NCBI GenBank assembly: GCA_964592195.1
Contig: CAZQEI010000006.1
Coordinates: forward strand, 1 to 61,202
Direction: 5' to 3'
Origin: an uncultured Gammaproteobacteria bacterium
Lineage (GTDB): Bacteria; Patescibacteriota; Patescibacteriia; UBA11705
Length of the DNA stretch: 61,202 bases
Shown: piece by piece, positions 7,090-16,840 of the stretch
Position numbering within the stretch: the first letter of the stretch is position 1
Layout: every line of letters begins with the position of its first letter
Made by a program: the position numbers and the translations under genes
The notes under the pieces: model-generated
Database searches by the model: none
Told to the model about the DNA's origin: nothing
The model's input: only the letters and a program-made list of their open reading frames with translations

Positions 7090-7899
7090 TTAAAATCCGA
7101 TCAATGTCCTCTCTATATTATCATTGTAGTGGATCCAGTTAATCTTCCCAGTTTCAGTCAATTGATATACCATAAATTGGTCATTTTGGAATTCAGTAAT
7201 TATTCCATTACGTTCGGTGACAATTCTCCAGTCATGTTTATTTGCTTGTTTTAACAATTGAAAATCAGGGTTAATGCAAATTGCCAATCCACCCAAATTA
7301 TGAACTCGCAATAGCATGGGGAAATCACCCATACTGTCACCACACGCCCAAATTTTTGTGTCTTTATCAGTATTAATAGTCTTTAAATGGCTATCAACGA
7401 GACAAGTCTTTGTTTCAGGTTTGATCGTTTCGCCTCGGCCAGTGATTAAACCATCAGCATTTACAAGCATTGAAGATCCGTATGAATGTTTAACGCCATG
7501 TTTTAACGTAAACATTTTAATGGCTTCTTGAGGTGAATTACTGATAGCACAAATATGCCACTTTTCATGTCGTAATTTAAAAGCAATTAAATGATTCGTA
7601 TAACGAAGTACATGTTTGTAGCGTTGGAGAATAACTTTTTTTATTAAACTAACATATTGAGTATATTCAACACCTTGAATGTAGGTAGCTAATAAAGCAT
7701 TTAATTTTTTTGCATGTATGTAGAATAAATCATCTTGATTGCGAAAAGCAGTTTGTGCTTCATTTAGATGGGGAAGAAATATTCCTGGTAAAATATGTTG
7801 TTTGACTAGTTCTTCTTGAATGTCTAAAAATAGATTACCCTGGTGCCACGTACCATCAATGTCAGTAAATATTATCCCAGGACATTTTGTCGTTTTCAT
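7090..7899 (-). CDS. HAD-superfamily phosphatase (subfamily IB-like)
   Basis: Motif I FTDIDGTW (DxDGT) and C-terminal GDSMGD motif. Confidence 0.65.
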   Translation of the reverse strand: MKTTKCPGIIFTDIDGTWHQGNLFLDIQEELVKQHILPGIFLPHLNEAQTAFRNQDDLFYIHAKKLNALLATYIQGVEYTQYVSLIKKVILQRYKHVLRYTNHLIAFKLRHEKWHICAISNSPQEAIKMFTLKHGVKHSYGSSMLVNADGLITGRGETIKPETKTCLVDSHLKTINTDKDTKIWACGDSMGDFPMLLRVHNLGGLAICINPDFQLLKQANKHDWRIVTERNGIITEFQNDQFMVYQLTETGKINWIHYNDNIERTLIGF

Positions 7900-8006
7900 G
7901 TGGAGTGCCTTTGGTTGTTAATGGACAGCCTTTAGATTTTTATCAATAAACAATAATTGTGTCAATAAAAAAGAACGCTTATACCACGTTCTTCTTTGTA
8001 TATAAT

Positions 8007-8858
8007 TCATTGTTTGGAGCAGAGGTCAACGGTATTCTTCAAGAGATACGCAATGGTCATGGGGCCAACGCCACCCGGGACAGGAGAAACAAAGCTGGCT
8101 TTTAAAATAACATTATCAAAATCAATGTCGCCTGTTGTTTTACCATTTACCGAGTTAATCCCTACATCAATCACAATGCCATCTTCTTTGATAAAAGTAT
8201 TATCAATGAAGTTTGCTTTACCTACTGCCACAATTAAAATATCAGCTTCGTGACAGACAGTTTTGAATTCAGGCGTTTGTAAGGTGACACTGGTAACTGT
8301 GTTCGTTTTACCATAGAAAGACTGGAACGGTTCAGCAAAAAGGGGATTATTGGACAAGACTACAATATTCTTGTTTTTTAATTCAACTTGAGTTTCTTCT
8401 ATTAATCTATTTATTCCAAGGACTAATGGAGAAATGATTGTTGACTTGCCATCTTTTAAGTTTTGTAAGTTAACTTTGTGAAAACCATCAACATCTTTCT
8501 TCGGATCAATGGCGCTAATTATTTCATCTTCGTTAAATTGCTTTGGTAATGGTAATTGAACTAAAATTGCATGAGTGGCTTCATCTTGATTTAAGAATTG
8601 AATGGCTTCTAAAACTTCTGCTTGTGTAGCGTTAACTGGGAATTTATATAAATGCATTTCAATACCAACATCAAAACAAGCTTTCTTTTTCAAGTTGACA
8701 TATAAATGAGAAGCAGGGTCTTCTCCTACTAAAATAATGGCTAATCCTGGGGTTAACTTTTCATCTACAATTTTTTTTCTAACATCAATCTTGATCGCGT
8801 CAGCCAAAGCGCGACCATCAATAATGTGACCGTTTAATTTTGGACCTATGATTTCCAT
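8007..8858 (-). CDS. folD: Bifunctional methylene-THF dehydrogenase / methenyl-THF cyclohydrolase FolD
   Basis: GEDPASHLYVNLKKKAC, VQLPLP and DVDGFH motifs. The start overlaps the end of glyA. Confidence 0.93.
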   Translation of the reverse strand: MEIIGPKLNGHIIDGRALADAIKIDVRKKIVDEKLTPGLAIILVGEDPASHLYVNLKKKACFDVGIEMHLYKFPVNATQAEVLEAIQFLNQDEATHAILVQLPLPKQFNEDEIISAIDPKKDVDGFHKVNLQNLKDGKSTIISPLVLGINRLIEETQVELKNKNIVVLSNNPLFAEPFQSFYGKTNTVTSVTLQTPEFKTVCHEADILIVAVGKANFIDNTFIKEDGIVIDVGINSVNGKTTGDIDFDNVILKASFVSPVPGGVGPMTIAYLLKNTVDLCSKQ

Positions 8859-10093
8859 AATTCGTCGTACAAGGGAAATTTGGCGGCGAGAGCCTTGACC
8901 TCATTTCGAATGTTACTAATTAATTCAGTATTTTGAAAGTTGCAAATCACTTGATCAATCCAGTTTGCGATTTGTTCCATTTCCGGTTCTTTCATGCCTC
9001 TCGTTGTTAACGCTGGTGTGCCTAAACGAATACCAGATGGATCCATCGGACCGCGCGGATCATCAGGGATAGCGTTCTTGTTAACTGTAATACCAGCTAG
9101 GTCAAGCGCAGTTTGTGCCTGTTTACCGGTAATGCTTTTGTTGGATAAATTGAGTAATAATAAATGATTATCAGTTTGATTGAAGCAAATATTATAACCT
9201 TTGGATTTGAATACTTGTTCCAAAGTTTTAGCGTTTTTCAAAATTTGTGCGCAATAAGTTTGAAATTCCGGTTGTAATGCCTCCTTGAACGCTACAGCTT
9301 TGGCAGCAATATTGTTTTCATGTGGACCACCTTGTAAACCGGGGAAAACTGCCTTATCAATAGCCTTGGCATATTTTTCTTTGCACATAATCATTGCGCC
9401 TCTTGGTCCGCGCAATGTTTTATGAGTTGTTGTTGTCACCACGTCGAAGATTGGAACAGGATTTTCTAATTGTTTACCTGCAATTAACCCGGCAATGTGC
9501 GCAATGTCTGCCATGGTAATAGCGCCAACTTCGTCAGCGATTTCTTTGAACTTTTTATAATCTAATAGACGTGAATAGGCAGAAAAGCCGGCTAAAATCA
9601 TTTTTGGTTTATGTTCGAGCGCCATTTGTCGTAAATTATCAAAGTCAATTAAACCATTGGCATCAGTTTTATAACGCACGAAGTTAAAAATCTTTGACAT
9701 GTGAGTAACTGGATGGCCATGCGTTAAATGTCCGCCATGTCCCAGGTCCATGCCAAGAATGGTATCGCCGGGATTTAATAAACCAAAATAAACAGCTATA
9801 TTGGCTGGTGCACCAGATAATGGCTGTACGTTGACATGTTCGGCGTTGAATAATTGCTTGGCTCGTTCAATTGCCAATTTTTCCACTTCGTCAATATATT
9901 CATTTCCACCATAATAACGATTGCCAGGATAACCTTCAGAGTATTTATTAGTTAAAACCGAACCTAAGGCCTCAAGCACAGCCGGTGAAACAAAGTTTTC
10001 TGATGGAATCATTTCCAATCCTTCTCGTTGTCTTTGTAATTCTTGATGAATAAAGCCAGCGACTTCTGGATCTTGTTGTTTTAAATTTTGCAT
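8846..10093 (-). CDS. glyA: Serine hydroxymethyltransferase
   Basis: SENFVSPAVLEALGS, YPGNRYYGG and the PLP-lysine motif TTTTHKTLRGPRG. Confidence 0.97.
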   Translation of the reverse strand: MQNLKQQDPEVAGFIHQELQRQREGLEMIPSENFVSPAVLEALGSVLTNKYSEGYPGNRYYGGNEYIDEVEKLAIERAKQLFNAEHVNVQPLSGAPANIAVYFGLLNPGDTILGMDLGHGGHLTHGHPVTHMSKIFNFVRYKTDANGLIDFDNLRQMALEHKPKMILAGFSAYSRLLDYKKFKEIADEVGAITMADIAHIAGLIAGKQLENPVPIFDVVTTTTHKTLRGPRGAMIMCKEKYAKAIDKAVFPGLQGGPHENNIAAKAVAFKEALQPEFQTYCAQILKNAKTLEQVFKSKGYNICFNQTDNHLLLLNLSNKSITGKQAQTALDLAGITVNKNAIPDDPRGPMDPSGIRLGTPALTTRGMKEPEMEQIANWIDQVICNFQNTELISNIRNEVKALAAKFPLYDELWKS

Positions 10094-10160
10094 ATTATAA
10101 AATATTGTTATGTAATTAAAAGGAGAAAATATTTCTTATATTACACCATAATCGTCAAGC

Positions 10161-10235
10161 TTGTAAGTTAGTAAGTTCATAAGTTTGTAAGTAATAATTG
10201 ATACTTAGAAACTTACAGACTGATAAACTTATCAG
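10161..10235. repeat. Family A repeat (GTAAGT words), copy 2
   Basis: GTAAGTTAGTAAGTTCATAAGTTTGTAAGT ... ACTTACAGACTGATAAACTTATC; related to 3518-3603 and 16671-16758. Confidence 0.7.
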
Positions 10236-10262
10236 CCGAAGGCTGATCCGCCTTTGGCGGAT
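10233..10262. repeat. GC-rich double-hairpin repeat (family E, core GATCCGCCTTTGGCGGA), copy 1
   Basis: CAGCC-GAA-GGCTG followed by ATCCGCC-TTTG-GCGGAT. The core is identical to 27027-27043 and 44341-44357. Confidence 0.8.
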
Positions 10263-10399
10263 AAACTTCCTCAAGAATTGTGTTAATTATATCAGAAATA
10301 AGCGGATTGACAAGAGAAGATATATTTTGTAAGATTTGTTTTAAAGTTCATTAACAATTTACCTTTCAACCAAACTCAACCCACCTACAAGGGGGAACC

Positions 10400-11158
10400 A
10401 TGGAGACATCGTTGGTTCGATTGACTGTGCTAAAGAAGTTGCTTGAAGATTTGAAATGTTTGAAAGAAGATTTGAGTTTGCAGATTGAAAACAGTCGTCA
10501 AATGGTTGTGAATGGTGAAAAGGATTTGAATGCTGAAGCTGAGGGTGTCTATCGAACTTTGCTCGATAAAGAGAAGGATGCATTTAATTTACTTAAAGTA
10601 ATTAGTAAAGTTGAAGCCAGTGGCCTGAAAACCCGTTATGATGAATTGGGAACGATTAGAAATAATTGTTATCGGATGGAAGTGGAAGTGCTTGAAATCT
10701 ATAAAATTATTGAAGATTTGGAATCACTGGTTAATGGCGTCAAAAAGAATGGTCCTAGCCCATTTGTTCAGGCTTGGTTAAATGATTCTGCTCAGATCGC
10801 TGATATTCCGATTAACCAACGAGTTATGACTCATCTTTATTATCGCAAATGTCTGATTGAATCTTGTTTGAAAGAGATGTATGAAAAAGGTGAATGGAAA
10901 TTGGATGATTTGATTGTGATTGCTATTCATTTATACGGAGAACGAAGTGAAGAAATGTTTGTGAGTTTGATAGAACGAACTTTTGTCACAACTTGGAAAC
11001 TGACACACAGTGCAGAGTTTAACAATATGATTAAGAAGTCAGAAGAATCTGGACTGTATGAATCAATTCCTGGTTCCCCCTGGAAATTGAAACTTACTCA
11101 AAAAGGTAAAGAGCATTGTTTACCTCATATTGAACAACTGGCATTGGACGCCAAGTGA
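10400..11158 (+). CDS. Hypothetical protein, coiled-coil-rich N-terminus (252 aa)
   Basis: AAGGGGGA RBS; heptad-like charged N-terminal half. Confidence 0.5.
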   Translation: METSLVRLTVLKKLLEDLKCLKEDLSLQIENSRQMVVNGEKDLNAEAEGVYRTLLDKEKDAFNLLKVISKVEASGLKTRYDELGTIRNNCYRMEVEVLEIYKIIEDLESLVNGVKKNGPSPFVQAWLNDSAQIADIPINQRVMTHLYYRKCLIESCLKEMYEKGEWKLDDLIVIAIHLYGERSEEMFVSLIERTFVTTWKLTHSAEFNNMIKKSEESGLYESIPGSPWKLKLTQKGKEHCLPHIEQLALDAK

Positions 11159-11169
11159 GGGGGGATGAA

Positions 11170-11568
11170 ATGCCAATAAAACAACGAGGATACCAAAAAT
11201 CAGTAATTAACCCACGACTATGTGTGCTTGTTTATACCAAGGATTGGTTGGCGGATTTTTTTGAGGAATGGCGTTCTTTTGATCTGAGCGAAAGAAAGTT
11301 TTTTACTCCTTATTACATTGAACAATCAGCAAGAATGTTTAAGCTAAGAGCTTGTGGGATATGGAAAATGACTCAAGATGACAACGTAAATCATGAAATT
11401 AAATTAGTTGATTGGTTGGATGAATTTTTCGTTGATTGGGATTCAATGACACCTGATCAAAGAGAAAAAGTACGTGTTAAGTTTGCCAGAAAATCGAGTG
11501 AGCTGTTTGCAAAGCGTGCTCAGGGTTTACTTAAATTTCCTGATTTGACACCAAAGAAAAAGAAATAA
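11170..11568 (+). CDS. Hypothetical protein (132 aa)
   Basis: ATG 11170 is preceded by GAGGGGGGA. It follows the upstream stop directly, so the two are probably co-transcribed. Confidence 0.5.
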   Translation: MPIKQRGYQKSVINPRLCVLVYTKDWLADFFEEWRSFDLSERKFFTPYYIEQSARMFKLRACGIWKMTQDDNVNHEIKLVDWLDEFFVDWDSMTPDQREKVRVKFARKSSELFAKRAQGLLKFPDLTPKKKK

Positions 11569-11574
11569 AAAAAG

Positions 11575-11597
11575 AAGACTACGAAAGGTAGTCTTTT
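11575..11597 (+). terminator. Rho-independent terminator
   Basis: AGACTAC/GTAGTCT stem, loop GAAAG, T-run. Confidence 0.7.
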
Positions 11598-11620
11598 TAA
11601 ATTGGTAAAATAGTAATTAG

Positions 11621-11638
11621 CCTGCCTGCGCAGGCAGG
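11621..11638. repeat. Perfect 18-bp palindrome CCTGCCTGCGCAGGCAGG, copy 1
   Basis: Identical with its flanks (TAGCCTGCCTGCGCAGGCAGGT) to 44417-44434. Confidence 0.85.
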
Positions 11639-11673
11639 TAATTGGTAAATTAGTACATGGATAGAATGTTTTT

Positions 11674-11820
11674 AGAGATTGCCTGCCCCGCTACGCGGGG
11701 CTTCGTCGTCGAGTGATAAGTCGTTAACGCCTTCTCGCAAAAGAGTTCACTCCTCTGCGAGCCCCGAGATTATCGAGGGGCGTGGCAGTCTCTTTGAGAT
11801 TGCCTGCCCCGCTAAGCGGG
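11674..11820. repeat. GC-rich structured spacer with direct repeat AGATTGCCTGCCCCGCTA(C/A)GCGGG
   Basis: Copies at 11674-11700 and 11795-11820, with hairpins between them. The GAGATTGC and CTCGCAAA(A/T)GAG motifs are shared with 53843-53884. Confidence 0.7.
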
Positions 11821-11843
11821 ATCCTCGCAAATGAGGTTATATT

Positions 11844-13700
11844 TTATTTCGCCGTTATCACCACCTCATTACTCGTAACACCGCAGGTATTATTTATATT
11901 TTCACAAACTCGGAAGTGATAAGTCTTACCAGGTTCTAACCCGGAAACTGTAAAACCTGTAGTTGGATGATTGTTTGCGATAAATGAAGAAGCACCAACA
12001 GCCAAGGGGTCTTGATTATCTGAGGCTAATACATTGAAAGAGTTGGTAGTGATACCAGAACTTATCCATGACAACTTGATTTGTTTTGGAGAACTATTGT
12101 CAGCTTTTAAATTTAGTGTATTCTTTTCGATCGGTTTACTAGTAATCGAAATATCGTCGTAATAAATACCAAATTTACATTCATTCTTAATTTTGGCACA
12201 AATATTGATGGAGTATTGACCCGGACTTTGATGTTGGAATGTGTATGTTGCAACTGAAATAGGGAGTTCGAAATCTTGTTTTTCTTTGTTTGCCAAATTA
12301 ATTATTGATAAAACAAATTTTTCCGGATTTACACCTGAATATGTCCATTCAGATTTTATTGAATCGCCTGTGATAGTATTTTTCAATGTGAATCTTCCTG
12401 GACTGCCAACCGTTAATTCCAATTTGTTGCTACCGAATAATCCAGGGCAAGTAGTTTGATCTTTGGTGGCAGCGCAAGCAGTGAAGAAATATAAGCCATC
12501 AGATAAATTTTCCCAAGTAAAACTATTTTTATCATTTTTCAATGTTTCCTTTGTTTCAATCTTACCATTGAGATCACGATTGATAATCATTTTATCATAA
12601 GTTAACGAAGTATCTGATAGTGACCAGCTTAATGTGGCATTTTTGTCTACCATAGAAACTGACAATGTGATCGGATTACCGGTTTGATTGCTAACTACAT
12701 ATAAAATCTCTTTGTTTAACTTAGTCCCTTTTTTAACGGTTATTTCAATTTGATTTTTTCCATTTTGTAATGGCACAGTGGTGGAAAATTTACCAGAATT
12801 GTTTTTAACTTCTTGGCCGGCGATAAAGATTTCAGCGTCAATGTCAGTTTCCCCTTCAATGGGAAGTGAATTTAAGACTGTATCAAAAGTGGTCTTTTCT
12901 GGTTTAGTGATTTTCAAGTTTACGTTATTGGCAAACACACCCATTGGCCAGTTTAACGCTTGGTCTTGGTTCTTATTCCAAACTAGCCATTCATTTTCCA
13001 TTAACTTATTAACAGCAACCGGTTCAGAGGCAATCATTTTGTCTGCTGGTTGAGATAAGTCAATGACAGCTTGGTAACCTTCATCAATGGTGCGCATGTT
13101 GATAATGTTTTCGCTACCAGAGGATTCATAAATCTTAGCTTTCACACGACTTTCTGTCACCGTAACATTGATGGTACTACCAACGGTAATGTTGAAGCCG
13201 GTGCCTAGCGCAATTACTTCAGCTCGCTGATTTTTGACATGATAAATGGCCGGACTTTCCGGTGAAATGCGATGATAAACTGTGCCGCTGATTTGATTGA
13301 TAATAATATCCGCCATGCCAAAGCTTTCGAGTTTAATTTCCGAATTATTGTTCATGCGAATTAAACTTTTGTCAGGTAAAGTGATAACCATTTTTCCGGC
13401 GGCTCCGGTTTTAACCTCTGCGCCAATAGGTAACTCGCTGTTGGTGTTTAATAATTCCCAATTTTCTTTTTTAATAAAAGCGTCCCCGGTTAGATCTGTG
13501 ACTCTGGCAATGTCTGTGTTAACGGCAGTTTCAGTTAAAGACACTGGTTCTGGGGCTGGCTGTTTGTTTACCGAATACCAAATGAAACCTAATAGGCCTG
13601 ATAGTATTATTATAAAAACATAAAAGCCGCGGCGCTTCCACAACGGCAATTTATAGTATGAGCGATGTTTCTTGGGATTGAAAGTTGAATATACTTGCAT
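11844..13700 (-). CDS. Membrane-anchored extracellular protein with FecR-like domain and Ig/Fn3-like repeats
   Basis: N-terminal TM segment, a FecR-like beta segment (GDAFIKKENWELL...IRMNNNSEIKL), and a C-terminal series of ~90-aa LSWS-type beta repeats. Confidence 0.6.
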   Translation of the reverse strand: MQVYSTFNPKKHRSYYKLPLWKRRGFYVFIIILSGLLGFIWYSVNKQPAPEPVSLTETAVNTDIARVTDLTGDAFIKKENWELLNTNSELPIGAEVKTGAAGKMVITLPDKSLIRMNNNSEIKLESFGMADIIINQISGTVYHRISPESPAIYHVKNQRAEVIALGTGFNITVGSTINVTVTESRVKAKIYESSGSENIINMRTIDEGYQAVIDLSQPADKMIASEPVAVNKLMENEWLVWNKNQDQALNWPMGVFANNVNLKITKPEKTTFDTVLNSLPIEGETDIDAEIFIAGQEVKNNSGKFSTTVPLQNGKNQIEITVKKGTKLNKEILYVVSNQTGNPITLSVSMVDKNATLSWSLSDTSLTYDKMIINRDLNGKIETKETLKNDKNSFTWENLSDGLYFFTACAATKDQTTCPGLFGSNKLELTVGSPGRFTLKNTITGDSIKSEWTYSGVNPEKFVLSIINLANKEKQDFELPISVATYTFQHQSPGQYSINICAKIKNECKFGIYYDDISITSKPIEKNTLNLKADNSSPKQIKLSWISSGITTNSFNVLASDNQDPLAVGASSFIANNHPTTGFTVSGLEPGKTYHFRVCENINNTCGVTSNEVVITAK

Positions 13701-13806
13701 GCTATTACTGATATACGGATATGTTACTGATATTACGGATAATCACGGATAAAATTACAAGTTAAGATTAATTTGTAATATTCGTAAATATTTGTAATTT
13801 GTAACC
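13701..13806. repeat. Word-repeat spacer (TACGGATA / TTGTAAT words)
   Basis: TACTGATATACGGATATGTTACTGATATTACGGATAATCACGGATAAAATTACAAG...TTTGTAATATTCGTAAATATTTGTAATTTGTAAC. Confidence 0.55.
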
Positions 13807-13858
13807 AGGTTAATTATAGACCAATTTTACCAGAAATAGGGAAGTGTTTCAATCCTAT

Positions 13859-15430
13859 TTATTCACTTATGTCTTTGGACATGTATGTTCCTGCCTTTTT
13901 GTAGCCAAGTAATCGATAATAACCTCTAACTCCAATCCCTGAAATGACGGTCATTTTGTCATAACCAGCTTGACGAGCAATCTCCTCAGCTTTGGCCATC
14001 ATGCGACGACCAAGACCACGATGTTGAATTTCGCCTGAGTTAATCGCTTTAATTGGTGCCATTCTGCCGTAAGTATGAACCTCTCTAATCAAAGCCGCAT
14101 TGTTTAACTCTGGAAGTAATCCATTGTTTTTCTTGGGTAATCTTAATCGAAGAAAAGCATAAAGCACTTTTTTGTTAGAACTGCTGAAGTGTAAGAAGTA
14201 TTCAGTTCCCTCTGAAGCAGAATATTTTTTAATATATAATCGAGCTTTGTGTGCGTTTTTAGTATTTTCACGAGCTTCACGACACCGAATGCAATGGCAA
14301 ATTAAATCATTTTTTGTAAAATGATCACCGAGAATTTGTCGCAAATTGGTAATTAAGTTACCAGCTTCAATACTTTCCTGCGGAATATCGCGGATTAACC
14401 GAATAATGCGTACATAATTTGGTGTTGCTAATTTCATTTTAACTAGAAGCTCAAATAATTGCTTGTCAGAATATGGTTTATATTGACCTTTTTTCCAATG
14501 ATTATATAAAACAGAATTTTTGGTAACTACTGTTGGATAAATTTTTATCATGTCAGGTTGAAAATCAGGAGAAGAGAAAAGTTTTTTGTACATGGCCAAA
14601 TCTTTAGCCGGAGTGGCGAGCGGTAAGTTTGGCATTAAATGGTAAGCAATTTTAAATCCGAAATCTTTCATTAACTTGGTTGCTTTTATTATTTCTTCAA
14701 CTGAATGACCGCGATGGCAGTGTTTTAATATTTTATCATTAATGGCTTGGACACCAACTTCAATCTTGGTGCAACCTAATTCGCGGAAGTGTTTTAATTC
14801 TTCTTCGTTAATATAATCTGGACGCGTTTCCAAAGTTAAACCGATAATGCGATGTTTGGCAGTTTCATTTTTCTTTTGCGCTTCTAATAAGGTTTTTGCA
14901 GTTTTACCATTACAAGCATCGAAGCAACGTTTGATAAACCAGTTTTGATAACGACGATCAAAGTAATTGAATGTTCCGCCCATGACAATTAATTCAATTT
15001 TGTCAGTTGTGTGGCCGTTGTTGGTTAACGCACGGATTCGCATGTTAACCTGTTTAAATGGATCAAACTTGTTCATGACCGCGCGCATCACGGCCGGTTC
15101 GTTGGAGAGATAACTTTTTGGCATGGCTTTTTGAGTCGGGCAGAAAATACATTTGCCTGGGCAAGCATATGGTTTAGTTAAAACCGCAATCGGGGCCACA
15201 CCAGATAATGTTCTAATGGCTCTTTTCTTAAATAAGTTTTCGATTATAGGTGACGCTTGAATCAACTTTTTGTTCAACATTTCTCGGTAAATGAAAAGTA
15301 ATTCAGCATTGGTTGGCATGCGACATTTATTAACCTTGGCAAAACCGGCTTTTACTTTTCGCAGTTTGTCTATCGTCGGTTTTTTGAAAGTTAGAATTTT
15401 GAGTAATAGTTTTTGTTGAGGGGAGAGCAT
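13859..15430 (-). CDS. Elp3-like radical-SAM / GNAT acetyltransferase (tRNA U34 modification family)
   Basis: CPGKCIFCP cluster motif, a radical-SAM TIM-barrel region, and a C-terminal GNAT motif QHRGLGRRMM. Confidence 0.85.
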   Translation of the reverse strand: MLSPQQKLLLKILTFKKPTIDKLRKVKAGFAKVNKCRMPTNAELLFIYREMLNKKLIQASPIIENLFKKRAIRTLSGVAPIAVLTKPYACPGKCIFCPTQKAMPKSYLSNEPAVMRAVMNKFDPFKQVNMRIRALTNNGHTTDKIELIVMGGTFNYFDRRYQNWFIKRCFDACNGKTAKTLLEAQKKNETAKHRIIGLTLETRPDYINEEELKHFRELGCTKIEVGVQAINDKILKHCHRGHSVEEIIKATKLMKDFGFKIAYHLMPNLPLATPAKDLAMYKKLFSSPDFQPDMIKIYPTVVTKNSVLYNHWKKGQYKPYSDKQLFELLVKMKLATPNYVRIIRLIRDIPQESIEAGNLITNLRQILGDHFTKNDLICHCIRCREARENTKNAHKARLYIKKYSASEGTEYFLHFSSSNKKVLYAFLRLRLPKKNNGLLPELNNAALIREVHTYGRMAPIKAINSGEIQHRGLGRRMMAKAEEIARQAGYDKMTVISGIGVRGYYRLLGYKKAGTYMSKDISE

Positions 15431-15568
15431 TGGAATTAGATTAAAGATTATAGATTGTAGTTTTGAAGATAAATTACATTATATACGAAAATATATGTTT
15501 TGGCAATCGTGTTTAATTGGATAAAAGAGCTGACACTTCGCAGTGTCAGCCGCACAATTTAGATTAAT

Positions 15569-16663
15569 TTATTTCTCCTTGAAGCTGGAAACAATTTCGT
15601 TATAAATTGAGGAATAGTAATCAAACGATTCAACAGTATTCGTGGTTTCAAGGCCTATGAAGTAAAATTCTTTGCTATTTTTCATGATGATAGTTTGCAA
15701 GGCAAAACCGGCTCGGTTGGGATGATTTTCGAGAAATTTTATTGTTTCCTGTCTGGCAGCATGGGTACTGATAATAGTATCTTTCAAATTGGAAAGTTCT
15801 TCGTATTTATTTTGACTGGAGAAATAAAAGTTTTTCAATCCCCAAACTTCTTTTGGTTCAACCTTGGCAATGTAAATGGTTGCTCCCAGTTTTTTGGCAT
15901 CCAAATCGTCGATAGAAACTAAGTATTCAGCTGGCAAAGATTTTTTGTTAAAAGTAAAGTTCGTCGGTTTAATGGTTTCTTTTAAATTCCAGTTAGCGGG
16001 AATTTTAAAACTGAATTCTGTGTTTTTTGTATAATCAGTCATCAAAACTTTTGCTGGTATTTTTAAAAGATCAGCGTTTGTAATTCCCAGTCCAAACCCT
16101 CGCATTATCCCAAAAGCATCTTCTGGACGACCAAGGAAATAGCGTTTGTTGTCTTTAGGATTTAAATACCACGCCTCGCCTTTGCTTTCCACTTGCAAAA
16201 GAATTCGTCCACTTAAACGTTCCACTAACCATTTATCAGTTTCCGCAGGAAAGTTACCGTCTCCTAAAGGATTAAAACCATTTAGGACTTCCATTTTATC
16301 AGAGTAAGTATCTTTATCAGTATCTGGATTGTTGAAGTCTGTGCCAATGGCTTTTTCGAGTGAATCAACTAAACCATCACGATCAGTATCAGCTCCAGAT
16401 TGTGGAATTAATCCAACAGGAATCTTATTGAGGTCAACATTTTTAATGCCTAAGCCTAATTCCCGCATAATTTGAAAAGCATCATATGGTCGACCCAAAT
16501 AGTAACGAATGTTGTTCACCGGGTTAACATACCAAGCTTCTCCATTCTTTTCTGTTTGAATTAAAATTCGTCCCTTGAGATTGGCTCCCATATCCGCGGC
16601 GAATAAGAAAGCGGGAATGCCAATGATTAATACGCCAAGAAAAACAAAAGCGATTTTTTTCAT
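15569..16663 (-). CDS. Secreted protein with an internal duplication and thrombospondin-type-3-like Asp-rich repeats
   Basis: Signal peptide MKKIAFVFLGVLIIGIPAFLFA. Duplicated module GRIL(I/L)Q.E..GEAWY.NP...RY.LGRP.DAF.IMR..GLGI. DTDRDGLVD and NPDTDKDTYSD repeats. Confidence 0.6.
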   Translation of the reverse strand: MKKIAFVFLGVLIIGIPAFLFAADMGANLKGRILIQTEKNGEAWYVNPVNNIRYYLGRPYDAFQIMRELGLGIKNVDLNKIPVGLIPQSGADTDRDGLVDSLEKAIGTDFNNPDTDKDTYSDKMEVLNGFNPLGDGNFPAETDKWLVERLSGRILLQVESKGEAWYLNPKDNKRYFLGRPEDAFGIMRGFGLGITNADLLKIPAKVLMTDYTKNTEFSFKIPANWNLKETIKPTNFTFNKKSLPAEYLVSIDDLDAKKLGATIYIAKVEPKEVWGLKNFYFSSQNKYEELSNLKDTIISTHAARQETIKFLENHPNRAGFALQTIIMKNSKEFYFIGLETTNTVESFDYYSSIYNEIVSSFKEK

Positions 16664-16670
16664 ACCATTA

Positions 16671-16758
16671 GTTTGTAAGTGAGTAAGTAGGTAAGTTCGT
16701 AAGTGATAGTTGTTTATAGTTGGACTGACAAACTTATAAACTTACAAACTGATTAACT
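16671..16758. repeat. Family A repeat (GTAAGT words), copy 3
   Basis: GTTTGTAAGTGAGTAAGTAGGTAAGTTCGTAAGT ... CTGACAAACTTATAAACTTACAAACTG. Confidence 0.7.
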
Positions 16759-16840
16759 GTTTTTAATTATACCATATTTTGTAATAGCTTCCAAAAGCGG
16801 TAATAGCCAATTTTCAAAACTTTTGTTATAATGCTGATAT

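Noticed and set aside
10094-10320. Riboswitch (ZTP/pfl or THF) in the long glyA-folD leader
   Set aside because: The context is classic for such riboswitches, but I could not find the conserved pfl 3' element (CCGCCUGGGC-like) or the THF core. The GC hairpins present belong to the dispersed family E repeat found in unrelated contexts.
11674-11820. Direct repeats AGATTGCCTGCCCCGCTA.GCGGG as a mini CRISPR array
   Set aside because: There are only two copies, separated by ~95 nt of hairpin-rich sequence. There are no further evenly spaced repeats and no cas genes in the window.
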